This document shows, one piece after another, positions 13,082-26,520 of a stretch of DNA of 64,000 nt (within the stretch, counting starts at the first letter, position 1; every line of letters starts with the position of its first letter). The notes beneath the pieces are model-generated. The model was given only the letters and a program-made list of their open reading frames with translations, was not told the DNA's origin and searched no databases. The stretch covers positions 64,480,001 through 64,544,000 of the forward strand of contig OX597820.1 of NCBI GenBank assembly GCA_951406725.2, given 5' to 3'. Source of the DNA: Octopus vulgaris. Lineage: Eukaryota. Both the position numbers and the translations under genes were made by a program.

Positions 13082-13162
13082 TCTCGACATATGTTTCGAA
13101 GACTGCATATTCCTAATTCCGAAGGAATAAGGGGTGCATTATGCCGCCTTCTCATCAGGAAA
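13082..13162 (-). ncRNA. Type I hammerhead ribozyme
   Basis: Reverse-complement twin of 13293-13373 with intact CTGATGA, GAAGGC/GTCTTC stem II and GAAACATATGTC. Confidence 0.8.
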
Positions 13163-13292
13163 GTCAAGGAACTTATGTCGGCATCATGACGAACAAAAAC
13201 TTTTAGATGACTGCCCACACGCACTATGGACTCTGTGTGGACAATAATCTAAAAGTTTTTGTTCGTCATGGTGCTGACATAAGTTCCTTGAC

Positions 13293-13373
13293 TTTCCTGA
13301 TGAGAAGGCGGCATAATGCACCCCTTATTCCTTCAGAATTAGGAATATGCAGTCTTCGAAACATATGTCGAGA
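13293..13373 (+). ncRNA. Type I hammerhead ribozyme, predicted cleavage after C13369
   Basis: TTTC-CTGATGA-GAAGGC..GTCTTC-GAAA-CATATG-TC-GAGA; palindromic stem III ACATATGT. Confidence 0.85.
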
Positions 13374-13582
13374 ATAAAGGAATTTTGTTAAATCGTCGTC
13401 CGACACCATTCTTTCATTCATTTATAGTAAAAAAACACACAAATTTCCTCACGAAAGCACGTGATCTCTGCCCTTGCCAGGTAGCTTCAACCGTGTTTTC
13501 TGGTGTGAATTTGCTACCCAGGTATCGGTTAACCGAATTATCCATACTAGGATAATTCATTCAACTACCTCCTTCCTCCTCT

Positions 13583-14040
13583 TCTGTGATTCTTGAAAAT
13601 TTCATTAACAACCTGAACCGCTACAATATAAGACTGTCATTTTGCTTCTCATTCGGATTCCCTGATATTTTCGCATGATTGTACCCTAAATCTCTCCACA
13701 AAACTGGATTATGAACTATAAGGACATACACAAATTTTGTAAGTTCAAGACTTTTTCATCGGATCTCCAAAAGATCGAACTTATCTGCGATTCTTGTAAA
13801 TTTCAATAACAATCTGTTCCTCTACACGATATGACAGTCACTATGCTTTTACTCTGACTTTCCTCTACATGATATGGCAGTCACTTTGCCGCTTACTCGG
13901 ATTTTCAGAAATTTTGCATGACCGTATCCGAAAATTTCTTCACACAACTTGATCAAATATTCAATATGAGCTATATGTAGACATGCATAAATTCTATAGG
14001 TTTAAAACCTTTCATCGAATCTCCATGAATCGAACTTTCT
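13583..14040. repeat. Diverged tandem duplication (units 13583-13783 and 13784-14040)
   Basis: Both units start TCTG(T/C)GATTCTTG(A/T)AAATTTCA and end ATCGAACTT. Confidence 0.65.
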
Positions 14041-14223
14041 TCAATGCAGTTAATCTTACAACCTCTCTTGTATCTACCCCTTTTGATGTTTGGGAATTCT
14101 CTGATGTTTTTTCGGCTGACGAGTACGGGCCATCTGTATTCACTGCATTTTTTGTAGCTTATTAAAGATGTCCTCGTACGAAACGATCGTACCGAAATTT
14201 TAATCCATTCTTGTTGCTTTTTT

Positions 14224-14259
<36 letters not shown>

Positions 14260-14260
<1 letters not shown>

Positions 14261-14560
14261 GTCACATAAGCTCTATTTCAAAGAGAAAATGAACTCATGA
14301 CCTAGTATAGAATAGATTTCCATGAGAGACTTGTGGGGTTTTAATTGACTGATATGTTATTCATGGTGATGTCATAATTATTTTCTGGACCTTCTGCAAA
14401 CGCCATCACATTTTGTATCTTCGTTTCTTTCCAACATTTTGGCATGGATCTTCTAAATGACACGTTTTTATAGACTGCAAGTTGTTGATGCATTTCTTTA
14501 TGTTGTTTTCTTTGAATGCCAGTTAGGATGTGTGGGCGTTCGGAAACTGTTTTTGATCAA
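14260..14560 (-). mobile_element. Highly decayed LINE RT remnant
   Basis: RSMPKCWKETKIQNV resembles the P..WK.A.I motif upstream of non-LTR RT domains. Confidence 0.3.
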
Positions 14561-15600
14561 GTTCAGTATTTATTTGTAAGTCTAATATTTACCTTGAAAT
14601 TATACGGGGGATTATACCAGGTAACATATCTCGTCAAGATGATTGCTGCTTCTCGATAATGCAAAATTTAATGTTTCTTAAGATATGCTTGTTCCATGTG
14701 TGTGTGAATGTTTATTTCTGCGTGCATATTTAATGGGACTTGATACGACACTATAGTAGTGCCTTTGCACACAAACGCACACTCATACAGATATATTTAT
14801 TTATGCATATACACATGCATATATATGAGTGTATGTACGTGTGTGTGTGTCAGTGTATATGTCTGTATGAGTATGTATATTTAGATATATAAGTATATAT
14901 ATATATATATGTGTATGTGTATGCGTATGTGTATATATATGTGCGCGTACATATGTTATATATATACACAAACACACACATACACATGTATATAAACTTA
15001 ATCTGTATAGACGTCATTTCTTTGTATAAGTCTAAACCATTAAATAGCTTATATATTTAGGCCTGTATACTGAGAGCAAATCCCGTTTAAATGAACAAAG
15101 ATAGGCTTCATTAACTCTCTCCTGATTACATATCCATTTGTAAATAGCTGCTAAGATAAATACCTAAATACCGAAAGGCATACTTTCTCGTGTATATATG
15201 CACATTAGGAACAAGCTTTCAGTGTAGTAGGAATAGTTATACCCTACCCAGTTCACAATTATGAAAAATTAATTACCAACTATTGTTTTTATATTTTACT
15301 TATTTTCAATCACTGGAATGTAATCATGCAGCAGCGATACCAGGAATAATTTATTTGGAAAAATGGAAACATGGTTAAAATCCAATCTTTTTTGTACCTA
15401 GATATCTTTTATTCGAACTGCTAGGTTACGGGAATGTACACAAGTCAATATCGGTTGGCAAGATTTAGTGGAGAATCACAACCACAAGGAAACAACATAC
15501 CCTGTTGTTGATGTTCATATTTCCTATGAAGGATGCTTGGATTTAGGTTAAAAATCGGCGCTTTCTCTATTGTAATTGCAATATATATATATATATATAT

Positions 15601-17166
15601 AGGTTATAAAATGAGATAGGGGTTGAAAATTCAACCCACCATGGGATAATATATATCCAATATACTGCTAGATATTCATTTTGGTATTTGCCTTGTAATG
15701 TGTGATTTTTGAAGTTTTCCAATATTGCATAGTATATTGCAAAGTATATATGTATATCTTGGTTAGATACCTAGCTCTGGATAATGTAATGATATTGTAT
15801 AATATGTAATATAAGAGAGCCTTTTGTGAGTTTGGTGGGTTTAGGTTGAGATTATGGGTTTTTTGTATGTGCTGATTTGGAAGGTTTTTATTATATATTT
15901 GGTCTTTTTGTACTCACCTTAATTTGTATCTTATGCTATTCACTGATAAACCTTTTTCATTTTTTTCATTTTCTCATTTACATGCATTTTGCTTTATAAT
16001 TGTTACCAGCCTCATATATTTAGTTTATATCTATAGTCCTCTGGATCTGTACTTTAAACTATCCTTCCATACCTATTTACTTTCAACAATATAAAATATA
16101 TATATTCACTTTATTTATTTTTATTTATTTCCCATTTTATTGTAATATTATCAATATTTGCATCTAGTCTTCTATTTATTTATTTATTTGCCTATTTAAG
16201 TGTGGATGTTTACATACATATCAAGTCATTTAATTTGTTACCTATTTATTCTTTACTTATTTACTTATACTGGTGTAGTTTTATACATACATATCTATCA
16301 TTTATTTTTATTTAATTTTAATAATATATGAATACATATATACTAGTTTGTACTTATAATTATGTGTATAACCGTATTTATTCCTTCGTATTTATTCCTT
16401 TTTATTTATTTTATCTCTTTTCATCTTAAGTCTTTATAATATAAAATTTATTTAAAATTTCTGTGATGTTCTCATAAGCGTTTACATTAATACTTCCCCC
16501 TCTATTTTTTATTGCCTAAACTGGTATATTTTGGCACTATATTTATTAAGTTAATAAGTGACTTATTTATAATATCTAATTAATATATTTTATATTTTAT
16601 ATTTTATAATTTAGCGTACTTTAAATCATAACAAACTTACGATAAACCTAACAACCGTATGTTTACTCTGCAACAAACCGGTGTTATAAATTTTAAGTTA
16701 CCCATGAAATAATTATCTGAATTAGTAACATACTGATATTTAAAAATACATTTATATCTTAATTAAATATTTTATAGAATGCATGGATGGTTCTTTTTTT
16801 GTTATTGAGGCTCAGTTATAATTTTGAAGGACTTAGTGTTAGCATGGTTGCTTCCCTATTTGTTTATCTAAGTGTTAGTTGTTGCTTATGATTATGTATA
16901 TGTACAAGTGTATGTATATACATATAACTATGTGTGTATGTGCGATTGATCTGTAGATGCGTGTGTGAATATTGGCGTTCCCTGACTAACCAACCGTATA
17001 ATTTTCTTTTGTGATTTAAATTTCAAACCAATAGCCAATCGAATTAATCTAAATTTTCTTTACCTAGTGGTCAGCATTTCTTAACTCATAGTTATTTCGA
17101 TCTTGGAAGGATGGACTTGGTGATAACTTAACTCTATCTATTTTTATTATTTTTTATTATTATTAC

Positions 17167-17200
<34 letters not shown>

Positions 17201-17851
17201 AGTAATTTTTATTAACTTTTATAGCTTTAGTATTTTATGAACTGTACCACGGATTTAATTATTATTATTTTTCATCTCCATATGTGTTAGCCCTTTTTTT
17301 TATTAAAAAAAACTATTAGCTAAATATGTATGATATCGGTACTTATTAATATTATATATACACTGTTATATATTTTGTTTTATTTTGTTCTGGTTACCTT
17401 CCTTTTTGTACAAATGTGTATTATATTATACAAGTGTAGCATTATGATGTATAAGTTTTTATATTTTACTTTTTTATATTTTTATATTTATATGTATATG
17501 ATTATATAATATTTTTCACTATTATAACAAATTTAATTTAATTCTCTGAAGAGGCCGTGGGGCATCTTTGTTAATGCCTCATTTATACCTGCCTTTATGG
17601 CTTATAGGTTAAATGAGGTATGACTGTCCTCACTGCCGAAACAGCTGTCAGTTTTGATTTATTTGCATATTGTATTTGTAATTTTTTACTTATATCTCTT
17701 TATCTTTTTACTTTTACTATTACTGTATATCTCATTTCATTTTATATATTGCCTTTACTCCTATGTAATGGTGTATTAAAGTATGGATTGAGTATCATCG
17801 GATAGTTGATGTTTTATTGATTTAAGTATGTTTCTCCATTCTCTAATTTTG

Positions 17852-17855
<4 letters not shown>
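15601..17855 (+). mobile_element. AT-rich non-coding segment bounded by (TA)n on both sides, with an HHR near its 3' end; candidate non-autonomous Penelope-like element
   Basis: TA tracts at 15581-15600 and 17855-17900; HHR at 17544-17651; no convincing ORF. Confidence 0.45.
17544..17651 (+). ncRNA. Type I hammerhead ribozyme with about 85-nt extended stem II
   Basis: CT-CTGAAGA-GGC...GCC-GAAA-CAGCTG-TC-AG; internal helices GTGGGG/CCTCAC and TGCCTCATTT/AAATGAGGTA. Confidence 0.75.
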
Positions 17856-17908
<53 letters not shown>

Positions 17909-18135
17909 AGTAAACAAGAGAGACAGAGACAGACAGAAACAAGGAAAATGTCGCTTGTATTTGAACACTATACAAATATTATTTTGAAAAAACCTTTTTT
18001 TAATTTTTCTAAATTTAATTGTTTTCCATACTTAGAGTTGAAAAAGTTTCAATAACTGAAACTCGTGCTGAAATGTTCTTTATAAAATTATTTTAGCATT
18101 TTCTATCTTGACTTTTTTCCATATATATATATGTG

Positions 18136-18168
<33 letters not shown>

Positions 18169-18517
18169 ATAATCTTGAAATAAAACTGAATAATGACGTA
18201 TATACATAGAAACATCAAAAACAAACACAATGCCCATTGTATGGATTAGCAGAGAACACTTGTGTCTGAAAAGTTTGACACAAGCATACACAAAATACCC
18301 ATATAAAGAAATTTTCTTTGCTAGAAGTTCATGGCATTCTGCTTTCAAAAATTTAAAATAACGTTTAAGAAAATGATTCATTAAATATTCGTGTGTGTAA
18401 CGAATACTTTTTACAAAATCCTATACAGATAGGATTGTGTGTACGTTGTGTGTGTGTGTGTGTGTGTGAGTGTGTGTGTGTGTGTGTGTGCGTTGTGTGT
18501 GTGGGTGTATAAGTATA

Positions 18518-18645
18518 TCGGCAAAAGAGACTGATAGTATAAGTCTTACAAAGAATAAATCCGGAGGTCAATCTATTCGACTAAAGGCTCTGCTCCAGCA
18601 TGACTGCAGTCAAATGACTGAAACAAATAAAAGGATAAAAGAATA
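18518..18645 (+). mobile_element. SINE family A, 3' part
   Basis: GCAAAAGAGAC..GCTCCAGCATG..CAGTCAAATGACTGAAACA tail. Confidence 0.85.
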
Positions 18646-19049
18646 CATATCTACTATGAAAATAAATTAATGTTATTTAATAATATTCTTCGTAATTTCG
18701 AAGAACTTTGGTACGCAGTTTTAATTCTTCTTATTATTTGCTACCGATTGTAGCTGCACTTGCGCAGTCGATTTACAAAATTATAATGTTTACGAATGGA
18801 ACACGTATGTCTGCGGTGTTGCATAACGATACATCAATTTTAACGCTGTTACTGCTGACGCACGGATGACAAAATATTTTCTTTCCACATTGATGTTGAA
18901 ACACGTTTATAAGGGTAGCTATTGAAATGTTTATATTTTTCATTCCCTTTGTAATTAGTCTTATTCGTGGTTTGTGCTTTAACTGCCCTTTCCATCGTGT
19001 AAGATGTCCTTAAGAAGACACTTCTTTTGTGTATAAAAATGTACACTAA

Positions 19050-19123
<74 letters not shown>

Positions 19124-19315
19124 TATGAAAGAATGGAGCTGAACGACGAATTAACAAAATTCCTTTATTTTCGACATAAGTTTCGAAGGCTGCATATTCC
19201 TAATTGCGAAGGAATAAGGAGTACATTATGCCGCTTTCTCATCAGGAAAAGCAAGGAAATTATGTCAACATCAAAATGCACAAAAAACTTTTAGATGATT
19301 GCTCACACGGAGCCC

Positions 19316-19316
<1 letters not shown>
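19124..19316 (-). mobile_element. pLTR copy of the 13-kb family with HHR at 19169-19249
   Basis: Alignable to 13035-13220; lies between (TA)n and (TA)/(TG)n. Confidence 0.85.
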
Positions 19317-19360
<44 letters not shown>

Positions 19361-20505
19361 CTTGATGCAATCACAATATTTTACAGAAATGTTTTTTTTA
19401 AATATTAGATACTTATCAGCTATTTGAAAAGCTGAACAAGGAAAGCGATTAGATATGAAATATACACTGTATGGAAAAGTCTCCGTAAACGCTTGTGACA
19501 TCCACTGCTCTAAATAATATCTTTTTTAGATATCTAATAAATTGAAAGTTATATTTCTTTTAATATGGGTGCATGGTTTTATATGTGCGTATGTGTTTGT
19601 GTTTATGTGAGAGAGGGGGGTTGGGAGAGAGAGAGAATATCTCGGCTTTCCACTCAATTTCCGTCTTAAATTTCATATTCTATCTCAACATATTAGTCGG
19701 CTTCAGACAACAGTATGAAAAATCTAGGTCTCTTTACAAAGGTAGTACCTTAACAATACAGCCAGGTCTGCGCCTAAATATATGATTTACTGATTTATAT
19801 AAAACGTTGCGTTTTTCTCAAAATATTCTCTTCTACTCTAGACACAAGGCCCGAAATTTTGGGGCACGGAACCAGTCGTTTTGATCGACCCCATACGCGA
19901 CTGTTACTTAATCATTCGACCCAGAAAAGATGAAAGAAAAGGTCACATTGAATAAATAATGTTTGTCGATCTCTTAGAGAGGTTTTAGAACTAGCATTTT
20001 TGCTAGTTCTAAATAAATAAATAAAAATATAAATAATTTAATGTTTACATTCTTTATTTGAAATACGTATGTTATTTAAATTGTAGTTAGGGAGATACAA
20101 TTTAATTTGAGTTGTTAACAATGTACATACATAATGAGTTGTGATGTTATGAAACAAGTATGCCATTAGTTCACCTGAATTTTGAATGAAATTGAGTGTT
20201 ATAAATTCAGAAATTTTTGTATCTCCGTTTAATTTCATTAGATATTGACAAGTTGCTGCATATGTATGATATTACATGTTGATTTATCTATAATGAGAGT
20301 TAATTCTAAAATTGCAATATTCGATGATGCACAATAATAATATATTCCATCGCATTGTTTGGAAAGAGATATAATCGTATACCAAATATTGTAACTTACA
20401 ATGGTGGGCTCTAAATTTTATAGAAATTTTGTGGAAATAGCTCTCAGAAAAAAACAAAAGCAACATCATGTGTATGCAGTCGTACAAACACACAGACACA
20501 CCTAT

Positions 20506-20545
<40 letters not shown>

Positions 20546-20781
20546 TAGATTGATAGATAGATACATACAGACATACATACATACATATAAGAGTTGGTAT
20601 ATAGATAGATATATAGATGAAGATAAGCTGTGCATTGTGTACTCATGGATGCATGTATGGGAATACAAATATATAAAACTTACAAATGTAAGGACATATA
20701 CGTAACGTTTCTGTTTGCTTAACGGTGTTTATATACTTGAATTCCTATCAATCCTATCTAATTTCTTCTATATGTAATGTA

Positions 20782-20829
<48 letters not shown>

Positions 20830-20859
20830 GCATGCATACAGAAATATCTGCATCTTTTA

Positions 20860-21145
20860 CAATGCCGCATCCTAACCATTAGTTCATGCTAGAACACCGC
20901 CTTGAATAATTTTTAGTCGAAAAAGGCAACTCCAGTACTTATTTTTTAAGTTTGGTACTTAGCCTGTTTATCCGTTTGACGAACCGCTAGTTGACACGGG
21001 ATGTTAACACACCAACACCGGTTGTCATAATGTGCTGGGAGACAAAAATAGACACCAAGACATACATAGGAGCTATGCAGTAGGGATGGACCCGGAACTA
21101 TGTTGTTGTGAAGCAAGCTCGTTACCACACAGCCACGCATGCGTC
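20860..21145 (-). mobile_element. SINE family A, diverged
   Basis: CACCGCCTT, CACCGGTTGTCA and ACCACACAGCCAC motifs. Confidence 0.7.
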
Positions 21146-21318
21146 TGAATGTTTCATTAAATACACAACTAGTTTTCTTTTATCGTTTCTCTTTTCATAA
21201 CTTATTAGCTTTGTACAGTTGGTTTGGAACAGCAGTGTTCCTGAAGCCATCCTGCCTTTCTAGACCATCATAGTCTCTTTATCAAGAAGGGAATTAAATA
21301 TATTTAATTTGTGTTGTT

Positions 21319-21680
21319 GGCGAGGTGGCAGAAACGTTAGCACGCCGGGCGAAATGCTTCGCGGTATTTCGTCTGCTGTTACGTTCTGAGTTCAAATTCC
21401 GCCGAGGTCGATAAATTAAGTACCAGTTACGCACTGTGTTGATATAATCGACTTAATCCGTTTGTCTGTCCTTGTTTGTCCTCTCTTTGTTTAGCTCCAT
21501 GTGGGTAGTAAAGAAATAGGTATTTCATCTATCGTTGCGTTCTGAGTTCAAATTCCGTCGGAGTCAACATATTCTTTCGAGGTCGACAAATTAAGTGTCA
21601 GTGAAACACTTGGATCGATGTAGTCGACTATCCCCGTCCACCAAATTTCAAGCCTAGTGGCTTTAATAGAAAGGGTTAAT
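21319..21680 (+). mobile_element. SINE family B, tandem dimer
   Basis: GGCGAGGTGGCAGAAACGTTAGC head; second unit restarts at TATTTC..GTTCTGAGTTCAAATTCC. Confidence 0.9.
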
Positions 21681-22112
21681 ATACTGATCAAAGTCCTGTA
21701 GACTTTACATGTTGATTTGTTATCCACGCTCAAGTCTCGACTAAGAATTACCCTACAAGGAAATATCTACACATTCTATATAATCCCACACGAAAATATC
21801 AGACGTATATTTCACCCCAGTGTCACTCGCATTGAAAAAAAAATAACAATAATGATGATGATGATGATGATGATGATAATTACGATGATGAAGACAATAA
21901 TAATAATCATGTGTACTATACGCACAAGGCCTGGAATTTTGAGGGTAATCGCTAGTCGATCAGATCGACCCTAGTACGTAACTGATACTTATTTTTAGTC
22001 CCCAAAAGACTAAAAACAATGTGGAGCTCGATCGAATTCTAGCACAGTACGTAAAGGATAGGACAGAGATGCTGTTAAGAAGGAGGAGAATTATTTCTCT
22101 TAATGTTACTAT

Positions 22113-22330
22113 CGGCGGCGAGATGGCAGACACGTTAGCGCGTCGGGCGAAATGCTGAGCGGTATTTCGTCTGTCGTTACGTTCTGAGTTCAAATTCCGT
22201 CGAGGTCGACTTTGCCTTTTATCCTTTCTGGGGCGATAAATAAAGTACCAGTTCTGCACTGGTGTCGATGTAATCGACTTAATCCCTTTGTCTGTCCTTG
22301 TTTGTCCCCTCTATGTTTAGCCCTTTGTGT
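22113..22330 (+). mobile_element. SINE family B
   Basis: Near full-length match to the 38811 copy. Confidence 0.9.
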
Positions 22331-22339
22331 GAAGCTATA

Positions 22340-23610
22340 TCAGCTTGCAACGCTTGTTACACTTTAAATCAAGTCGATGGAGTACTGTGCAGGCTTCATA
22401 TTATCTGACGTTGTTGCCTATTTCTTCATCCGAAGTGTTCTTTGGTATGACGCATAATGAATTCTTTCAAAATCCAATAATGCTCTACCATCAAAAATTG
22501 TTTTCTCAACTTTGCTCTCTGAGTTGTTCTTCCAGGTTCTCAAAAGAAATAGCAAATTTCTTCATTCATCTTAAGGATTTTATACCTTTGTTTGTATTCT
22601 TCCCATGTTTCGGAATTCTGGTAATACTCATTCGGAATTCTGTTAAAACTCATTCGAACAAGATGTAAACGCCACCTACAGAAATTCTAAAGTTCTTTTT
22701 TACAGCAAACCCAACACTTCTCACGCACTCACTCACTCACTCACTAACTTTCTAACAGACTCATTCGCTCGTTTTTTTTTCTCTGATTCTCTTTGTCTCT
22801 CTCTCTTACCCTTTGTGTTCTTTTTCCCTGCTTTCCCGTTCCGACAGAACGTACAGCATACATTCACTTCGTTAGCAATTCTAAAAGTCCAGCGATACCA
22901 ATATCTCCTTAATTCATTTGCTAAAAGACTATTTGAATTAGAATATAAGCCATTCTTTCTGGTAAATTTTCACATCCAGAGAAAATATGGTGCAAATATT
23001 CCAATAACCGACCTTCGGATTCATGTTGACGATGTACTTGCATTTTTTTAGCTATCAATCCTTTTCCTCTTTTTATTATTTTACCGCAAAAAACGGACAA
23101 CCATCATTTTCAACATGATGACCAGTTTGAATTCAGATAGACATTTGTTTCGAACAACTATCCTGGTTCCCTCTCACATTGGTTATCACTAGCGAAGTCC
23201 TTAATACGCTGCTTAGTCGTCAAATATGCTACAGAGCTGCTGTCACTACCTGTTTTTTTTTCTTCTTTCAAAACAACATTATGATATCCACTGGAACCAC
23301 CTCTGTGCAATCTTGCAGCTTCGTACATCAAATCTACAAAATTGTACGTGTCCCAAGTCCTCCATCACCATTGGTCATTCAAGAAGAACAAATCATGACG
23401 GTAAACAATTCTTTCCAAACTAACTATGCGAGCTCTCCGCTCTCTCTTCATCGCTAACATGTGAACCACTAAAAAATAATTCATGGGTGGGTGATCGGCG
23501 AAAAAACTGGGAAATCCACCAAGCTTGGAATGTAGGAAGGCGCCTTTTGGACAACCTGACGGTTGAAACACAGGTCGCATCAAAGAGCGGAGAAAAGTCA
23601 ACGATCATTC
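22340..23610 (-). mobile_element. Decayed RTE-like LINE 5' region (5' UTR and AP-endonuclease remnants)
   Basis: KVGYWNICTI..LLANELRRY and VGFAVKKNF motifs of the APE domain, upstream UTR-like segment. Confidence 0.55.
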
Positions 23611-23623
23611 ACTTGTGAGTACA

Positions 23624-23666
<43 letters not shown>

Positions 23667-23732
23667 TTATATATAATAATAATAAATTCATGCATACTCA
23701 CGTATTTATATACACACACAAATATATATATA

Positions 23733-23795
23733 CCGGTGGTGCCCCAGCATGGCCGCGGCCTTCAGGTTAAAACATTTTTAAGGATTTAAGGATTT
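23733..23795 (+). mobile_element. Tail-only insertion of the CR1/SINE-A 3' end
   Basis: GGTGGTGCCCCAGCATGGCCGCGGCCTTCAGGTTAAAAC followed by repeated TAAGGATT, inside a TA tract. Confidence 0.7.
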
Positions 23796-23820
23796 ATATA
23801 TATATATAAATATATATATA

Positions 23821-23871
<51 letters not shown>

Positions 23872-24673
23872 TATTTATATATATATATGAGTGTCTATTT
23901 TCTGCATGTGTGTGTGTGTGTATAAGTCAGTTAAATTTAAGCATTTAGATTAATGCTGCCTTAATTTAAGTTATTTCTACACACCGTTAAGAAATATCGC
24001 AAATATCGCGAAATTAGCTTCATACGTTATACCACAGAATGAAAACCAATATACATCTTCATTCTAGATATTTGTAAAGAAATTCTTCAGTTAAATTTTA
24101 AAATGTCATATACTCACTACAGTATACAAATCACATAATACTTTAAATTGAAGTAGGTGTGATATATCAGACAAATAATAAAAGCAAAATTTGCAATGTA
24201 AATTTCGTAAACATAATTAAAATTATACAATGTAGATAATAAATAACATCACAAATTTTATTATTCAACTGATATCAATCATATAGTATATTTTTTTAAT
24301 TTATCTTAAGTTATGTGAGTTGAATTTGGTATATAGAAACTCTCCAGAACCCCGTTGTATATGAATATATGTGTGTATGCGTGTATATATATATATATAT
24401 ATCTTAGGGTGTGTTTGTGTATGTGTGTTATGTGCGTGCGTATGTATACATCGATAGTTGCACACGCACGCTCATATGTATTGTAACTACTGATATCGCC
24501 CTTTAGATGCTCCTCTCATTGTTTACCTTAAATACATATACACGTGAGCGTGTGTGTGTTTTTTTCATTATTGAAATTAAGTGTAACGAAACTTTAAACA
24601 GCTTACGAATAATGAAATATGAAGGGAAAATTGAAGCTAATACAGAAAATATACATACGTATAAACATTTATT

Positions 24674-24705
<32 letters not shown>

Positions 24706-24724
24706 CATGTATATATATATATGC

Positions 24725-24774
<50 letters not shown>

Positions 24775-25052
24775 GCATATATATATATACATATATATAT
24801 ATATGCATATATATATATATACATACATATATATATACGCATATATATATATACATATATATATATATGCATATATATATATATACATATATATATACAT
24901 ATATATATATACATATATATATATAATATATATTAAATGTATTAATATTATATCAATGTACTTATATATATATATAAATATGTATGTGTAAATAAATATA
25001 TATATATGCACATATACATATGTGTGTGAATATATATATATACATACATACG

Positions 25053-25086
<34 letters not shown>

Positions 25087-25306
25087 AATATATTTGCATG
25101 TATGTATTTATATATGTATATACATTTTTATACACGTTTCCACAATGACTTAACTTTAATACGTTTTATATGTTTTAAAGATTTATACGAGAATTCGAAA
25201 GTTATAATATATTGGAATGGGAAAGTATATTGATTGTATGTAATCAGCGCAATGATTTTTGTGCAATTATACATCGGATGTTGCTATCATGGCATCCAAT
25301 AAAGTG

Positions 25307-25520
25307 ACAGCGAGCTGTCAGAATCATTAGCATTCCGGAAATAATACTTAGCGGCAAAATTCCCGTTTTTACTTTGTGAGTTGGATTTCTGCCCAAGTCA
25401 ACCTTCCCTTTCATATCATTCAGATGACGATAAAATAAGATCCAGTTCAGTTGCGTGGTCGATTTCTTTGACTAGCCCCAGCTTCCCTTCCGATCTCAGG
25501 TCTTGCAGCTATAACCAAAT
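25307..25520 (+). mobile_element. SINE family B, diverged
   Basis: GCGAGCTGTCAGAATCATTAGCA head and CCTTTCATATCATTC core. Confidence 0.65.
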
Positions 25521-25945
25521 GAATTTAGGCGAAAGCCGTGATTGTAGTTGCATAGAGGTCAGTGTTTCTCATACCCATTGTTCTGTTGAGTGATACTTCT
25601 CGACGGCACTTTTAATGATACAGCGCACTGATTGTCAAAGGTACAAAAATTATTCTATGCTGTGACGAAGCAGAAAAGTTAGTTAAAATGATAAATCAGT
25701 GATACTTGTAACGACTCAACTCATTATTGATTGCAACAAAATATCTCGATAGATGTTGCAATGATACAAATGGGTCTTGGTATTAACAGCACAACGAAGC
25801 AATAATTGTAATAACACAGTTAATATTTGATTGTAATGAAATACCTCGGTGTGGTTTGTATGACATGACTTGGTTGTGGTTGTAATGAGATTTGTTATTG
25901 TAACGGATCAGTGGGGTTTGTAATAAGTTAGTCTTTATAAATACA

Positions 25946-26400
25946 GTAGCAGTATAGCCCAGCTTTGCTTGGGTATAAGGTAGGATTATTAAACTAATCA
26001 AGCTCTTTATTTAAAACCAAACTAAGTAACATCGACGTCAAATCTGACCGAAATCCATTCAAATTAGAAAACTTTTGGCTGGAAATGAGTTGCAGACAAT
26101 TTGATTTGGAAACCCCATAAGGAATCGGTTTATCGATTTTTCCACTCATCGATTGTTTTTTATGGTTTTTTTTTCGTTTTTGGAGAACATAAAGCATTCA
26201 TAGATACCATGACTCCTAAGTAATGCTGACATCAAGTTAGAACAAAATACATCAGAATTGGTAAAAGTTATGGTTGAAAATGTGGTGTAGCCAATATTGG
26301 TGGGAATCGGTTTATCGATTTTTTAAAATCCTGATTAAATGGAAAACACCATAGGGAATCAGCTTATTGATTTTTCATCCCAAATAGTACTTAACCGAAC
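25946..26400 (-). mobile_element. Probable Helitron-derived fragment
   Basis: Terminus CCCAAGCAAAGCTGGGCTATACTGCTAc parallels the Helitron 3' end at 53073; three internal GGAATC(G/A)G(T/C)TTAT(C/T)GATTTT repeats. Confidence 0.5.
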
Positions 26401-26520
26401 ACAACATTGCTGATTCAAAAACATATTTATACTTTAAATTTGGTTTTCACACCCAACCCAGTTCTGCAGAATCAGTGTCGCTACGGGAGCGCATGGGTTG
26501 GAAGTTTGATCGGCAGAGGT

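Larger units (their letters stand above)
13030..13570. mobile_element. Penelope-like pLTR pair in inverted orientation (arms 13030-13220 and 13235-13426, right copy extends to about 13568)
   Basis: About 190-bp near-identical inverted arms, each with a complete HHR; flanked by TA-rich sequence. Confidence 0.85.

Noticed and set aside
18855-18910. CTGACGC..GAAACACGTTTA upstream of a TA tract
   Set aside because: Core A9 missing and stems I/II do not pair convincingly.
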